A DNA stretch of 37,721 bases, filler included, from Kiritimatiellia bacterium (lineage in GTDB: Bacteria > Verrucomicrobiota > Kiritimatiellia > RFP12 > JBMNHG01): assembly GCA_050950285.1 (NCBI GenBank). It is 3 parts of 3 records of this genome, joined end to end, with 100 filler letters (N's around TTAATTAATTAA, not from the genome) between each part and the next. Parts side by side here need not be neighbours in the genome. Positions count along the whole stretch, not along the records: positions 1 to 13,376 come from JBMNHG010000005.1; 2 more parts are not named here. One strand, written 5' to 3'. The position numbers and the translations under genes were made by a program. Each line of letters opens with the position of its first letter. Position 1 is the stretch's first letter. Shown here piece by piece: positions 1-11,199 of the stretch. The notes under the pieces are model-generated. The model worked only from the letters and a program-made list of their open reading frames with translations, was not told where the DNA came from and did no database searches.

Positions 1-133
1 TCCGTTCGGGAGAGCGGCGTTTCGGAAGCGGCGATGCGCCCGAGGAAGTCGTATTCCACCACGCTGTTTGTGACCACGGGGGCGTCGGAGTTCCAGTGTG
101 TGACGTCCCAAACGGAGCCTTCGCGAGTTGTGC
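1..133 (-). pseudogene. 5' end of a further orphan RHS cassette (lineage B core fragment), runs off window
   Basis: Reverse complement of 1-89 is nearly identical to 31380-31468 (SDAP.VTNSVVEYDFLGRIAASETPLSRT); 90-133 resembles 32225-32267 (TTR.G..WDVTHWN). Confidence 0.8.
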
Positions 134-153
134 GATAGACTACTTTATGCTTT

Positions 154-777
154 TCATAGAGACACATTTGGACCTTTCCGAAGAACATCTGAATTATTAA
201 AACCTTGCCTTCTAAGCCGATGAAGCAATCGCTTCCACATTGAAGACGGAGGAGGGGTTTTTGAAGCCTCGATTTTTTCAAGAATTGTGGCTTTTCCCGT
301 ACAAAACTTTATACACACATCGCATAGTTTTTCATACTGTTCTATTGGCGTGTAAAACGATATCGTGTACGAGTCGGCATAAGGAAGCTCCCCCCCGGCA
401 TTGACCCACATTTCACTTTCCATTACAGTTCTCAATGCGGAACCATTGTAAAATTCTATGCACTCAGGAGGTTGTGGTTCTACCGTTAAAGCTGAGAGTT
501 TCTCGATGAAAACAGTTGAAGGAACAGGCATGTTGATTTCGGCAGTTTCGGACTCCATCCGGACGAGCAAATTTGTATAATTACATTCAACCGAGATTTT
601 ACGTAAAAGCTCTACAAAGAACATCAACGGAAAATGCGGAGACGACACTGTTTGCATCGTCGTGTCGAAGACGATGGCAAACCGATGTAGAAAATTGTGC
701 TTCAATGCAGATGGAGGGATAACGGATGACTTGTGAAACCCCCTGACAAGATACAGAAAAACCTCTTCATTCATCAT
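154..777 (-). CDS. Putative immunity/partner protein of the 767-2428 RHS C-terminal domain (207 aa, no signal peptide)
   Basis: Start overlaps the stop of the RHS cassette; low-GC like the CT region; standard toxin-immunity gene order. Confidence 0.65.
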   Translation of the reverse strand: MMNEEVFLYLVRGFHKSSVIPPSALKHNFLHRFAIVFDTTMQTVSSPHFPLMFFVELLRKISVECNYTNLLVRMESETAEINMPVPSTVFIEKLSALTVEPQPPECIEFYNGSALRTVMESEMWVNAGGELPYADSYTISFYTPIEQYEKLCDVCIKFCTGKATILEKIEASKTPPPSSMWKRLLHRLRRQGFNNSDVLRKGPNVSL

Positions 778-2428
778 CGGCCTCCTTGATACAATAGACT
801 TGCCATTCCTCCTTGCTCAGGGAGTTGAAAGTCCAATCATATACTGTTTCAGTAATTGTTGTTCCTGCCCACCACCCTGCAACGCCACCACCGATGCCGC
901 CAACAATCCCGCCCACGGTTGCAGCAAGAGGTACTACAACAATTTCTTCCGGAGCTGCCGCTTGGGGGCCAAGTTGCCCGGCAACAGCAGCCAAATATGT
1001 CCCTGTTTTAACACCTGCGCTAGAACCAACCCGACCACAGGCAACGGCTGCGCTCCAGCCGCCAATCTGCCTTGTGATCTCCCTAGGCCTGTTTTCTGCA
1101 TGATATATTTCATAACTTGATGCTGCGACTCCAGCTATAAACATGGCTCTTCCGCCCCATTTGAAGATTGTTACGGTCTTGCCTGTTGCTTCCGCTCCAC
1201 GAGTAATTTTATGGTTCGCAACTGAAATTTCTCGTATCTCCTGTAAAGCAGGAGTTGTATTGTAATGCCATTTTTTCTGTTTTCCGAATCCTCGCATTCG
1301 GTGAAGATCTACTCGGAAAACTTGATTGGGATTCTCTGGCTTATATATGAAAAGAACAGAAGTGCTTCCGCTCTTGGGGACTTGCATTCCAGCTTGTGGC
1401 GCACAAGAGAAGTAAAAAGACTCTCCTGACAACCGAATTAAAGTTTTTCCTTGGAGGGTTATTTGTGCCCCTGCCCATCCAGCCGGCATCCCTTGCGCCT
1501 CAATAGTTTCTGCACCAAAAGGATCAAGGTTGTAAATCCCGTTATTGTTACAAAACGCATACAGATTCGCCCCGCCTTTTTCTTGGATCGGATCACGGTT
1601 GAGCCAGCGGTGGAGAACGGGATCGTAAAAACGACAGCCATAGTAGTAAAGCCCGGTTTCAGCATCATAGTACTTTGTGCTGAAGCGGTGGCGGAAGGTG
1701 TCGCTCATCGAGCCGGTGGCGGCTATGGTGCCACCATAGGCGTCATAGACATACTCCGCCACGACAGAGCCAGATTCTCCAACATAGGCGGTGATGTTGC
1801 CGTTGTTGTCAACGCAAGGCAGGTAGAACTGCCCGTTGATGGAAACGGCGAGCAAGCCGCCGACGCCGCCGGCGCCTTGGAGCGTGCCGGAGAGGTCGGG
1901 CCCCCAGAAGTACTGGATTTCCGAGACATCGCCGTTGCCCGCCGTCACGGTTTCGTGAATCAAGTTCCAGCCGTCGTAGACGAAGGCGTGAACCGCCTCG
2001 GGCGTGGCCTTCAGGACGCGGCGGGAAAGGTAGTCGTAGGCGTTGGATACAACGCAGACGTTGTTGGAGTAAGCCGCAATCAGACGATTCTCGCAATCCC
2101 ACGTATAAGACCAAACGCCATTGGTCAACATGTTGCCGTCAGCATCATAGACAGGATTACAAGATTGAACAAGATTTGAGAAAGATGTGTATTGGTTCAG
2201 GGCGTTGGCCGTGTAGGTCGTCGTGTCCGAGTTGACCGAGGCGGTCGTGTGGTTTCCGATGTGGTCGTAGGCGTAGGTGAAAGCGTTGGATGCGACGGTG
2301 GCGGACACGACTTCCGAACGGGCGTTGTAGCCGAAGGCGTCGGCGTTGCGGGCGGTGGGACGGTCGACGTAGACCTTGTTGGCAACAAATCCGGCGGCAG
2401 GATTGCAGACCCAGGGAATGACGCTCAT
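767..2428 (-). CDS. Orphan RHS cassette: truncated lineage B core plus variable C-terminal domain with glycine-rich hydrophobic helices
   Basis: YD repeats, RHS-associated core (FRHRFSTKYYDAETGLYYYG..FYDP...RWLNRDPI...LDPFG); CT 767-1513 has GGIVGGIGGGVAGWWAG-type helices; core nearly identical to 32918-33770. Confidence 0.92.
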   Translation of the reverse strand: MSVIPWVCNPAAGFVANKVYVDRPTARNADAFGYNARSEVVSATVASNAFTYAYDHIGNHTTASVNSDTTTYTANALNQYTSFSNLVQSCNPVYDADGNMLTNGVWSYTWDCENRLIAAYSNNVCVVSNAYDYLSRRVLKATPEAVHAFVYDGWNLIHETVTAGNGDVSEIQYFWGPDLSGTLQGAGGVGGLLAVSINGQFYLPCVDNNGNITAYVGESGSVVAEYVYDAYGGTIAATGSMSDTFRHRFSTKYYDAETGLYYYGCRFYDPVLHRWLNRDPIQEKGGANLYAFCNNNGIYNLDPFGAETIEAQGMPAGWAGAQITLQGKTLIRLSGESFYFSCAPQAGMQVPKSGSTSVLFIYKPENPNQVFRVDLHRMRGFGKQKKWHYNTTPALQEIREISVANHKITRGAEATGKTVTIFKWGGRAMFIAGVAASSYEIYHAENRPREITRQIGGWSAAVACGRVGSSAGVKTGTYLAAVAGQLGPQAAAPEEIVVVPLAATVGGIVGGIGGGVAGWWAGTTITETVYDWTFNSLSKEEWQVYCIKEADDE

Positions 2429-2488
2429 CGCAGAACTGTTGCGTAAGATTTCAAGGCAAATTTTGTAAGTCTCGGTGAAAAGGTCATG

Positions 2489-2914
2489 TCAATTTTTACG
2501 CATGTATTCCAGGAACGGTTGAACGTCCTCATGAAATGTTTTCATGACAACCGGTTCGGTGAATTCCTGAAGCTTCAGGTGAATCGACGTTCCACATATC
2601 ATGGCGCCTTCGCCAGCTTCATTGCCATCGAAGATGATGCGGGAACCCTCAATGGCGTACCGATAGAGCTTTGTCTTTTTGTATTCGAATTCACCGAACG
2701 ATGAAATTATGCAAACTGCCGTTCCATCGGAAACCAAGGTTAGCCAAACGCGAACCGGATGCCCGTCCAGCAAGGTTTCGTTGCTTGAAATCCACTGCCT
2801 TGGACGAGGATCGTAAGTAACTTCAGGAGCGCTTTGACATCCGGCAAATGCAATTAGAAACGCCCCCATAATTGCTGCCGATAGGAATCGAATGTTCATA
2901 CCCATTGCCTCCAT
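2489..2914 (-). CDS. Predicted lipoprotein, probable orphan immunity protein (141 aa)
   Basis: Signal peptide with lipobox FAG-C; second low-GC gene after the main RHS stop. Confidence 0.7.
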   Translation of the reverse strand: MEAMGMNIRFLSAAIMGAFLIAFAGCQSAPEVTYDPRPRQWISSNETLLDGHPVRVWLTLVSDGTAVCIISSFGEFEYKKTKLYRYAIEGSRIIFDGNEAGEGAMICGTSIHLKLQEFTEPVVMKTFHEDVQPFLEYMRKN

Positions 2915-2928
2915 GAAACATTTGTGAT

Positions 2929-3330
2929 TTAGTAATCCTCAGACCATCCCCAATAAAGAGCCGTGTAAACAATCTCAGGTCGTAAGTATATAAATTCCAC
3001 ACGGGCATCTGGTTTTTCTTCCGTAGGGACATGATAAACGAGTGCGTTTTCCTTATTTTCGTATCGCATTCCCTTCCCAAGCAACGCCTGAACTCCACCA
3101 AAGGTTAAATCTTTCTCTCGAGTCTTAAACAGGTAGGTGTTGATCATGTCCCCACATTGAACGGCAGCCTCTTGGCGTTCAACCCAATTGGTCGTCGTGC
3201 GGAAGACAAGACAGGATTGCAAAAACGTGTCGTTCGCAACCAGCTCACACGGCGGGTTGTTGTTTGTCTGCTGGAGCGAACAGCATCCAGCCAAGAAAAT
3301 CGCAGCAAGCATCATCTGAAACAGTTTCAT
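2929..3330 (-). CDS. Predicted lipoprotein, probable cognate immunity protein of the main RHS gene
   Basis: ATG at 3330 preceded by AAGGAGAG, just after the RHS stop; MKLFQMMLAAIFLAG-C lipobox. Confidence 0.75.
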   Translation of the reverse strand: MKLFQMMLAAIFLAGCCSLQQTNNNPPCELVANDTFLQSCLVFRTTTNWVERQEAAVQCGDMINTYLFKTREKDLTFGGVQALLGKGMRYENKENALVYHVPTEEKPDARVEFIYLRPEIVYTALYWGWSEDY

Positions 3331-3346
3331 CAAACTCTCCTTTTCA

Positions 3347-6300
3347 TCATGGTAGAATGAACTCATAAGCTCCGGACATCGTTTGGGCAGGCGTCCTCAT
3401 GCGATATCCGTTGGCTTTGTACCAATTGATTGTCCCATTGTTTGAATACTCCACATTCTTGTCTTGTGTTTGCCTGCGGCATTCCTTCAGCAGCCGGTTG
3501 ACCTCGCGTCTGTCCGAATCTTTGAGCTTGCCGGGGAACTTCTCGGCTATCGCCTTGTCGAAACAGGGCTTGGTGTACTCCCAAAATGCTTTGGCATGCC
3601 CTATTTCGTGAGCAATGACTTCGCCTTCCGGCGGAGGAGAACGGTCCAAAGAGCCGGATCCCCCGCCAGCTAATGCCCCGTTTAAGTTGTAATGTGGTTG
3701 ATAACTATAAACAACGCCACGTCTTCCTGTCTTTGGAAGTCCCTTTGAAATGATAATGCTTATCCACATTCGTATTTCGCACTCGCCTTCGATCACAGGC
3801 ACTCGGTCAAGCGGGTAGTCAAAAACACCCCATGCGCCACGTGTGTCACCATATTCTATAGGGATATCGCTGACATTTTTGATCTCGGCTTGGACAAAAG
3901 AGCCCGCTCCCTTCATTTTCTGCCATATAGTTGTATTTCCTCGTTTGAAATATTTGACGTATGCGTGACCCAAGGCATCCCGCCCATTTATCCCATCGTT
4001 GCCGCAGAAACCGTATAAATTCACCCCGCCGTCTTCCTCAATAGGATCCCTGTTCAGCCAGCGCATCAGTTCCGGCGCGTAGAAGCGGTAGCCGTAGTAG
4101 TAGAGGCCGATCTCGGCATCGTAGTACTTCGTGCTGAAGCGATGGCGGAAGGTGTCGGCCAGTTGGCCGGACTTGGCGATGGTGCGGCCGAAGGCATCGT
4201 AGGTATATTCCGCCACGATTGCGCCCTGTTCGTTCACATAGGCCGTGATGTTGCCGTTGTTGTCGTAGAACGGGAAGTACCATGCGCCGCCTTGTCTGAC
4301 GGCCAACAGTCCGCCGATGCCGCCCGCGCCTTGCATGCTTCCAGACAAATCGCGTCCCCAGACGTAGTGGTTGGTGGTCACTCCCGCGGCGGTAGCGACG
4401 ATTTCGAGAACCGGCAGCCAGCCGTCATAAACAAATCCCCGTGTCTCCGCGCCTCCGCGTGAGATTTTCAACACGCGGCGGCTAAGATGATCGTAGGCGT
4501 TGGAGACGACGCACAGGCCGTTGGAATAGGCGGCGACAAGGCGGTTTTCCGCATCATACGTGTAGTTGAAACGCCCGTCCCATGTCATATTGCCGTCTAA
4601 ATCGTATACGGGAGAAATTTGGACAGGATTGACGTGATTGACATGATTGGAAATCAGGAAATACTGGTTCAGTTCGTTGGCGGTGTAGATGTTCGTGACG
4701 GAGTTAAGCGAGGTCCACAGCGCGTTGCCTATGTTGTCGAAGGCGTAGCGGTTGGTGTGGGCGGGCTGGATGATGGCGGATGTGACCTCGGAGCGGGCAT
4801 TGTAGTCGAAGGTGTCGGCGTTTCGTGACGTGACGCGGTCGAGGAGGTCGTAGGTGTAGGCCAGCGGGTTGTGCGGCACGCCGTTGACGCTGTTGGTGAT
4901 GACCGTGACAAGGTGGCGGCGGTAGGGGTCGCGGATGACGGTACGGGAGAGAACTATCCCGTTGGTCTGCGTGATGGTGTATCCGGCGTCCCAGGCGTCA
5001 TCAGTATATGCGTAGCTTGCCGAAAAGGCATCATTCGAGACGGCGGAGTGCCGGTTCTCGGAGTCGTAGCCGTATTGAACGGGTGGCGCATCCTCGACGC
5101 GCAACGCCGCCAGGCGGTGGCGGTGGTCCAGGGTGCGGGCCAGGGTCGCGGTGTCGCCGCCAACCATGGCCGTCTCGTTGGTGGCGGTGCCGAGGTGGCT
5201 GTTCTGGTAGGCGTATCGCGCGACGGCGTTGGAGGCAAAGGCGGGGCGCTGGAAGGCATCGTACCCGAGCGCGGCGGCAGGCGTGGCGTCGGAGTACGAG
5301 ACGCCTGTCAACAGCCCGTCGGGGTTGTAGGCGTTCTCCTTCCACGCTCCGCGAGCCCATGCCGTGCGGAGCGGCTTGCCGTCGGGGGTGTGCGTATAGG
5401 ACACTGCGGAGCCGTCGGCGTAGACCTTGTTGGTGGCAAGTCCGGTGGCGTGGTCGTAGTTCCAGGCGGTGAGATCGAGGGACGCAGGGGACGCAAGGGA
5501 TGCGAGGGACGCGCCTCCGGCAAGCTGGACGGCGAGGGCGGCGAAGCCGACGGCGTTGCCTCGGGTGGTGGCGAGGGCGGCCATGCGGCCGGCGGTGTCG
5601 TACCCGTAGGCCACGGGGTAGGCCGCGCCGGTGGCGGCAACCGGACGCCCGAGGGCGTCGTAGGTGTTGGTGACGGTGTTGCCGAGGGCGTCGGTGCGGG
5701 ACGTTTCGCGGCCGAAGGCGTCGAAGGTTCTCGATCCTGTGACGTGCAGATCGTCGTCGTAATAATAAATGCCGTAGTGGGTCTCGTTGTCGGACTCGTC
5801 GAGTCCCGACCAGCGGAAATGGGAATAGACGCCCGTTTCAGGGTCGCGCATTTCCGAGTATGCAACGCGCCCGAGCGGATCGAAATAGTTGTAAACGGTT
5901 TCGCGCAGCGTCTCGCGGCGAATTGGACGCCCGAACTTCGAGACGGTGGTGGATGGCGTCGCCGCATCGGTGGCGCGAACCATCGTCAGTTCGCAAGTCT
6001 GCGGGTTGTAGCTGCCCGATTCCGTCGTCGTCGAGCCGTTCGGGCCGGTGTTCACCGTGCGGCTCCGCAGGGCGTTGGAAAGCCCCGTCAACTGGCGGCG
6101 GGTCGTCGCGACGGCGTTGGTGACGCCCTCGCGCGACGTGCTGCGGACGTCCACCCGCCACCATGCCCCGGCGATGTTCTCGTAGCGGGTCTCAGACGCG
6201 GTCTCGACGCCGCTTTGGACGGTCGCCGCCATCTCGCCGCGTTCGTCGTAGAGGTAGGTCGTGGCGGGCTGTCCGGTCGTTTCCGAGCGAACCAGGCGCG

Positions 6301-9300
6301 AGGTCGCGCCGTCGTAGGCGTTCGAGGTGACGAGCCAGGCGCCCGCAGTGCCGGGCCTCAGCGTCGCGACCGTGCGCCCGAGGAAATCGCTGTGCGAAAT
6401 TTGATTCGTGACCGCGTTCGGTGAATCGGACGCCTCGGTGACGGAGAAGGATCGCCGTGTTCCGTCGGCGGCGTAATCGCTCCACGAGGTTTCGCGCGTC
6501 CAGCCGCCGTCCCAGCTTTGGATGGCGATGGAACGCCCGTTCCGGTAGGCGATGTTCGTGCTCGCCACGACGCAAACGTCGGGGTTCGCCGGCGAGAACG
6601 TCAGGCTGACGCTCTCCTCGCGGTCGGCGTGCGACGTGCGCGTCGTGACCGTGCGAACCCCGCGCCGGTCGACGTGGACGGCGTGGTCGCCGATTCCGTC
6701 GGGGTATGCCGTCGTTTCGGAAGCCGTGAAGCCGAGCGTCCCGCAATCGGGGGTGGCGGCGCTTCCGGGCTCGCCGACCGCCGTCACGACGGTGTTGGTC
6801 TCCCTGCCGATGGCGTCCATGAAATGCATCGTCGTGCGATGACCGTATCCGTATCCGGGCAGATCGGCAAGCGATTCCTCTTCTATGGCGTAGTAGAGGT
6901 GGTCTTTGCCGGTTTCGGCGGAGCGGAGGGTCTTGAAGCCGTTGCGGTCCTGCGTCCAGAGCAGGCGGCAGCAGGAATGGGCGTTGGTGGAGATGGAGCC
7001 GTCGGAGTAAAGCGTGGAGCGGAGGCGGTTCTTGTCGTCGTAGAGGTGCGCCTGCCAGTCGAGCGTGGCGCCGGTGGCGTGAAGGAGGGTGGCGGAGTAG
7101 AGCGTCGTGCCGTGCGCGGCGTCCTGGATGGTCAGATCGGACGTGTCGGACGGATTGGACCGATACCAGCGCCGGGCGATCGTGCGGAGCGCGGTTTTTG
7201 CGCCGCCGGGGGCGAAGGTGCGGGTGGCGGGGTCGTAGTCGCCGAGGGCGTAGTCGTAGGTCGTGGTGACGTCGTCTTCGTCGGTGGATTCGAGCGGGCT
7301 GCCGCGCAGGAGCAGCGGGATGCCGGGGGCGTCGGCGTCGAAGCGGGTGGCGGTGGAGACGGCGTTGCCGGGGTCGTCGAAGGCGGCGGACGGGGAGCAG
7401 GCGCGGATCGTCTTCACGGTCGCGAAGGCGCGATCCACCGTGTCCGTGCCGACGGTGTGGACGTGCCAGGTGCGCCCGATGCACGTCGCCGCGCCGTCGC
7501 GGACGAGGTGGCGCGACTCGGTGCGGACGGAATCGAGGGCGGCGAGCGGATTGGAATCGCCCGCCAGCGGCGCGTAGTCGGAAACGGTGGCGATGGCGAC
7601 CAGGCTGCGGTATCTGGAAAGATCGAACAGAGCGGTCGGGGCGGCCAGATCGGCGAATTGCCCGGGAGCCGCCGAGCCGTCGAGTTGGTCGAGGCGCAAT
7701 ATCTCGCGGCCTTCGTCGTCCCAGGCCTGGTAGCTCCAGGGTCGCGACTCGCCCCAAACGAGGCGGGGGCGTCCGTTGCGGCGGGGGTGGGCGTCGTCCG
7801 TCCAGCAGGTGGCGTGGTCTTCGACCAGGCCGGGTTCGCCGTCGGGCTCGAGGCCGAGCGTGGCGTGGTAGGTCTGGCGGAGCGTCGCGTCCTGCCCGCA
7901 GCCGAAGCGCCGGGACTCGGCGACGTCCCGCGAGAGGATCGCGCCGGCGGCGTCGCGCACGATGCGTTCCTCGCGGAGGACGCCGTGGGGGCCGTCGTCG
8001 AGCGTGTCGGTGCGGAGCACTTGCTCTGAGGTCTGCGCGATGTTGTCGAAGCACGCCCACTCCCCATCCCCACGATATGAGTAGACGACGTCGCGCATGA
8101 CGTTGTCCCGGCGGCTGATCTTCTTGAACGCGACTTGGCGCGGGCTCCCGCCGACGTTGGCGATCTCCCAGACGTGCTCCAGTTCGTCGCCGGCGGTCTT
8201 GCGGACGGCGATCCGGACGCCATGGGCGATCGGTTCGACGACGACGGTGCGGCCTCGGGCGTCGGAGCAGGCGATGGTGCGGACGCCGTCGGCGACGCTC
8301 TCGGCGACGGCGGCGTCGTCGCGGGCGAGCAGGTTGAACGTGGCGGGGGTGACCAAAATCGGCTCCGCCGTCCGGAACCAGAGGAAGCCGGAGACCTGCC
8401 CGTCGCGAGGGATGCCGAGCGGGATGCGGAACGCGAGCGAGCCGAGGCCGTCGCCTTCGAGGTCGTCGCAGTTGCCGTCGGCGCAGCCGGACGCGCAGTC
8501 GCCGCATTCGTCGTAGAAGGGGTCGTGGCATCTTTCGCCGACGCGGTGGATGGCCTCCCCGCTCCAGACCGGCCTGCCGTCGAAGAAGATGGTGCCGGTG
8601 GCGCGAAGGCCGTCGTCTTCGACGGTTTCGTCGAAGTACGCGGCCAGCGCCGGGTCGCCGTAGCCGATTTCGGCCCTGCAGTCGCACGGGTGGCCGCCCG
8701 TGGCATCCTGCCGCCAGCCCTCCCGGAGGCACCGGCTGTCGAGGGGGTAGTCGGAAGCGGGCTCGTAGTCGCCCGTCGCGGCGTCGAAGAAGAGCGTGGT
8801 CCCGCATCCGCCGTGGCGGCCGTCGCCGTAGGCGATGCGGGGTTCGAAGAAGAGGAGGCGTTCGACCGGGCCTTCCCCGGGGTCGTCCCCGCCGCCCGCG
8901 CCCCGGGCGCCCCGCCGCGCCGGGGGCGGCGCGGGGGCGATCGTGCATCCGGGCACGTCGTAGATGCCGGGCGCCTTCGCCGCGAGCGAGCCGCCCGTGA
9001 AGCCGCCGTCCGGCGTGAAGACGAGGCGGGCTTCGCCGGGGAACGGGTCGAGGAGCGCGGCCTGCTCCGTCGCGGAGGGCGCGGCGCGGCAGGGGCGGTT
9101 GGAAAAGTCGTAGCGGACGCCGACCGACGTCCCGCCGCCCGTCCATTCGACGGCCTGGCAGCGCGCGCCGTTGATTTCCGCCGCCGCCCCGGCGCCGTCC
9201 ACGAGGACGCCCGGCGCCCAGGCCAGCAGGTACAGCGGCTGTGGGCAGGTCGAATTCGTCGAGGTGGCGCGGAGCGCGAGGGTCAGTTGCAGCGCGTTCG

Positions 9301-10886
9301 TCGACACGGGGAGCCAGAGGCTGTCGTCGGGCGGCGAGGCGGTCGCGGTGCCGCTTCCGCCTTCGGAGTCGGCCCACTCGAGCGCCATGCCGTCGAGCGA
9401 CCAGCCTGCGGGCGCATTCGAGGAGGCGGAGAGGAAGTACTGCTGCCAGCCGCCTTTGCGGTCGATCGTGAAGGTGCGCTCGTACACCCGGTTCGTGCCG
9501 CCGGCGGGAGGTCGCACCGGAAGGCGTCGAAGAGCTTGAGGGAGGCGAGGTTCCAGGCGAGGTTCGTCGGAGCGGAAGCCTCCGCGAAGGGGTCCATGCC
9601 CGCGGCGATCTTCGTCGAGAGCGGGAAGCCGGTCCCGCCGGGGTCGAAGGCGAGGCTGTCCACCGCGTTGGTGCCGCCGAACTTCGCCGTTTCGCAGGCG
9701 TCGGGGATGCCGTCGCCGTCGAGGTCGTCGGGCGGCGTCGGGGACAGCGGGTCGGGGTCGGAGCCGTCGACGAGCCCGTCGCCGTCGGTGTCGCGGAGCA
9801 GCGGACTCGTTCCGGCGGCGGTTTCGGCGCCGTCCAAAACGCCGTCGAGGTCGGTGTCGGGCAGGCGGGGGTCGGTGCCGTGGACCATCACCTCGTCGCA
9901 GGTGGAGAGCCCGTCGCCGTCGTGGTCGGCGACGTCCGGGTCGAGCATGCCGAAGGCGCGCCAGTGGAGTTCGAGGCCGTGGACGAGGACGCCCGTGCCG
10001 CCGAAGGCGAAGGTCTCGCCCGCCGCCGCCGTGCTGGGCGCCGACGACCCAGTTGGTGGCGGGCAGCGCGTTGGTGGCGGACAGCCGGGACAGGTCGTAG
10101 CGGTAGACGAAGTCGCCGGAGGGGAAGAGTTCGGCCTGGAAGGTGACGGGGAGGCCGGCGTCGCGGCCGGCGAAGACGTCCTGCCAGGCGAGGAGCAGGC
10201 TGTTGGAGGCGGTCGGGGCGTGCCAGAAGCGTCCGGCCGGCGGGACGATGCCGAGGGAGGTCTGCAGGGGGGCGAGGAAGTCGAGGCCCGAGCCGTCGGG
10301 CATCCGGCGGGCGCGGGGCGAGCCCTTGGGCCAACCGAAGGAGAGCGTGCCGCTGCTGGAGACGTGCAGCCCCCCGACGCGGTTGGTGCCGAGGGTGAAG
10401 GACCAGTTGGTGGCGGGAAGCCAGAAGGTGTCCTCGGCCACCCCGTAGCGGGTCCAGGGGGCGTGGACGACGGCGTTCGACGGGACGGAGGCCAGGGCGG
10501 GAGACGGATTGGTGGCGACGCGCGCGAGCGCGAAGCCGGCCCGGTATTGGCCGGCGGTCAGGCGGGGGCCGGAGGAGGGGCCGCGCGCGGGCCGCGCCGG
10601 GAGGCCGCCGGAGACCATGCCCGCCGGGGGAGGGCCGGAAGACGGGGCATTGCCGCCGGGCGGCACCTTCGGGACGCCGTGCAGGGTGGCGACCACCAGG
10701 AGGGCGGAGAGCGCCGCCCTGACGGAGGGCGCAAGCGAGCGGAACCGGTCGCCGAGAGCGCGGAAGAGGCGGCGCAGGCCGGGCGACGTCCCGGCCCAGG
10801 GCGCCGAGGCAGAAGAGCAGCGGCACGCCGGCCAGCAGGCAGGCGCCCGCGAACATCCAATGGCGTATCGACTGCAGGAGTCCCAT
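3347..10886 (-). CDS. Full-length RHS/YD-repeat protein (~2500 aa) with C-terminal HExxH domain; three apparent frameshifts in the 5' part (~10780, ~10020, ~9510)
   Basis: ATG 10886 with GAGGT RBS opens a hydrophobic leader; frames join at G/C runs to give NIDO-like region, DxDGDG repeats (ORF 9283-9948 frame), YD repeats, RHS core ending ...GRDALG, CT with HEIGH at 3596-3610. Confidence 0.9.
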
Positions 10887-11199
10887 GGCTCTACCTCGGA
10901 AGGATCACGGCGCCGCGGCGGCACAGGCGGCGACGGCCCGGAGAAAAACGGCGCGCCGCCGGAACCGCGGCCCAAGGGAAATACAACCTGTATCCATGGT
11001 GGGGAGCGTAGCACGGGCCAACGCCGGCGGCAACCCTTATTCGTGGGGGACGATCCCATTGTTTCAGCCCGAACCGGGCGGCAGCAGTTCCGGCCGGTTG
11101 CGCCTGCGGGGAACTTGCGGTTGATTTCGGAGGGGTTAGGGTGTATCATACCAGTTGTTATCAGTTTTTACTCACCCAAAGAACCCGAAGGAACCCCCC

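Noticed and set aside
4871..11011. Long alternative-frame and antisense ORFs (e.g. 6192-9377, 8135-11011, 4871-6424; likewise 31002-33035, 34366-35886, 24728-26143)
   Set aside because: Shadow ORFs from high GC3 codon bias over real genes; Arg/Pro/Gly-rich with no motifs.
10887..11149. N-terminal extension of the 2600-aa ORF in the track
   Set aside because: Read-through of the divergent intergenic region caused by a frameshift; ATG 10886 has an RBS and a sensible leader.
10975..11170. Possible GntR/FadR-type operators (ATACAACCTGTAT; TGTATCATACCAGTT) upstream of fucI
   Set aside because: Short imperfect palindromes, no regulator gene in view; cannot be distinguished from chance.
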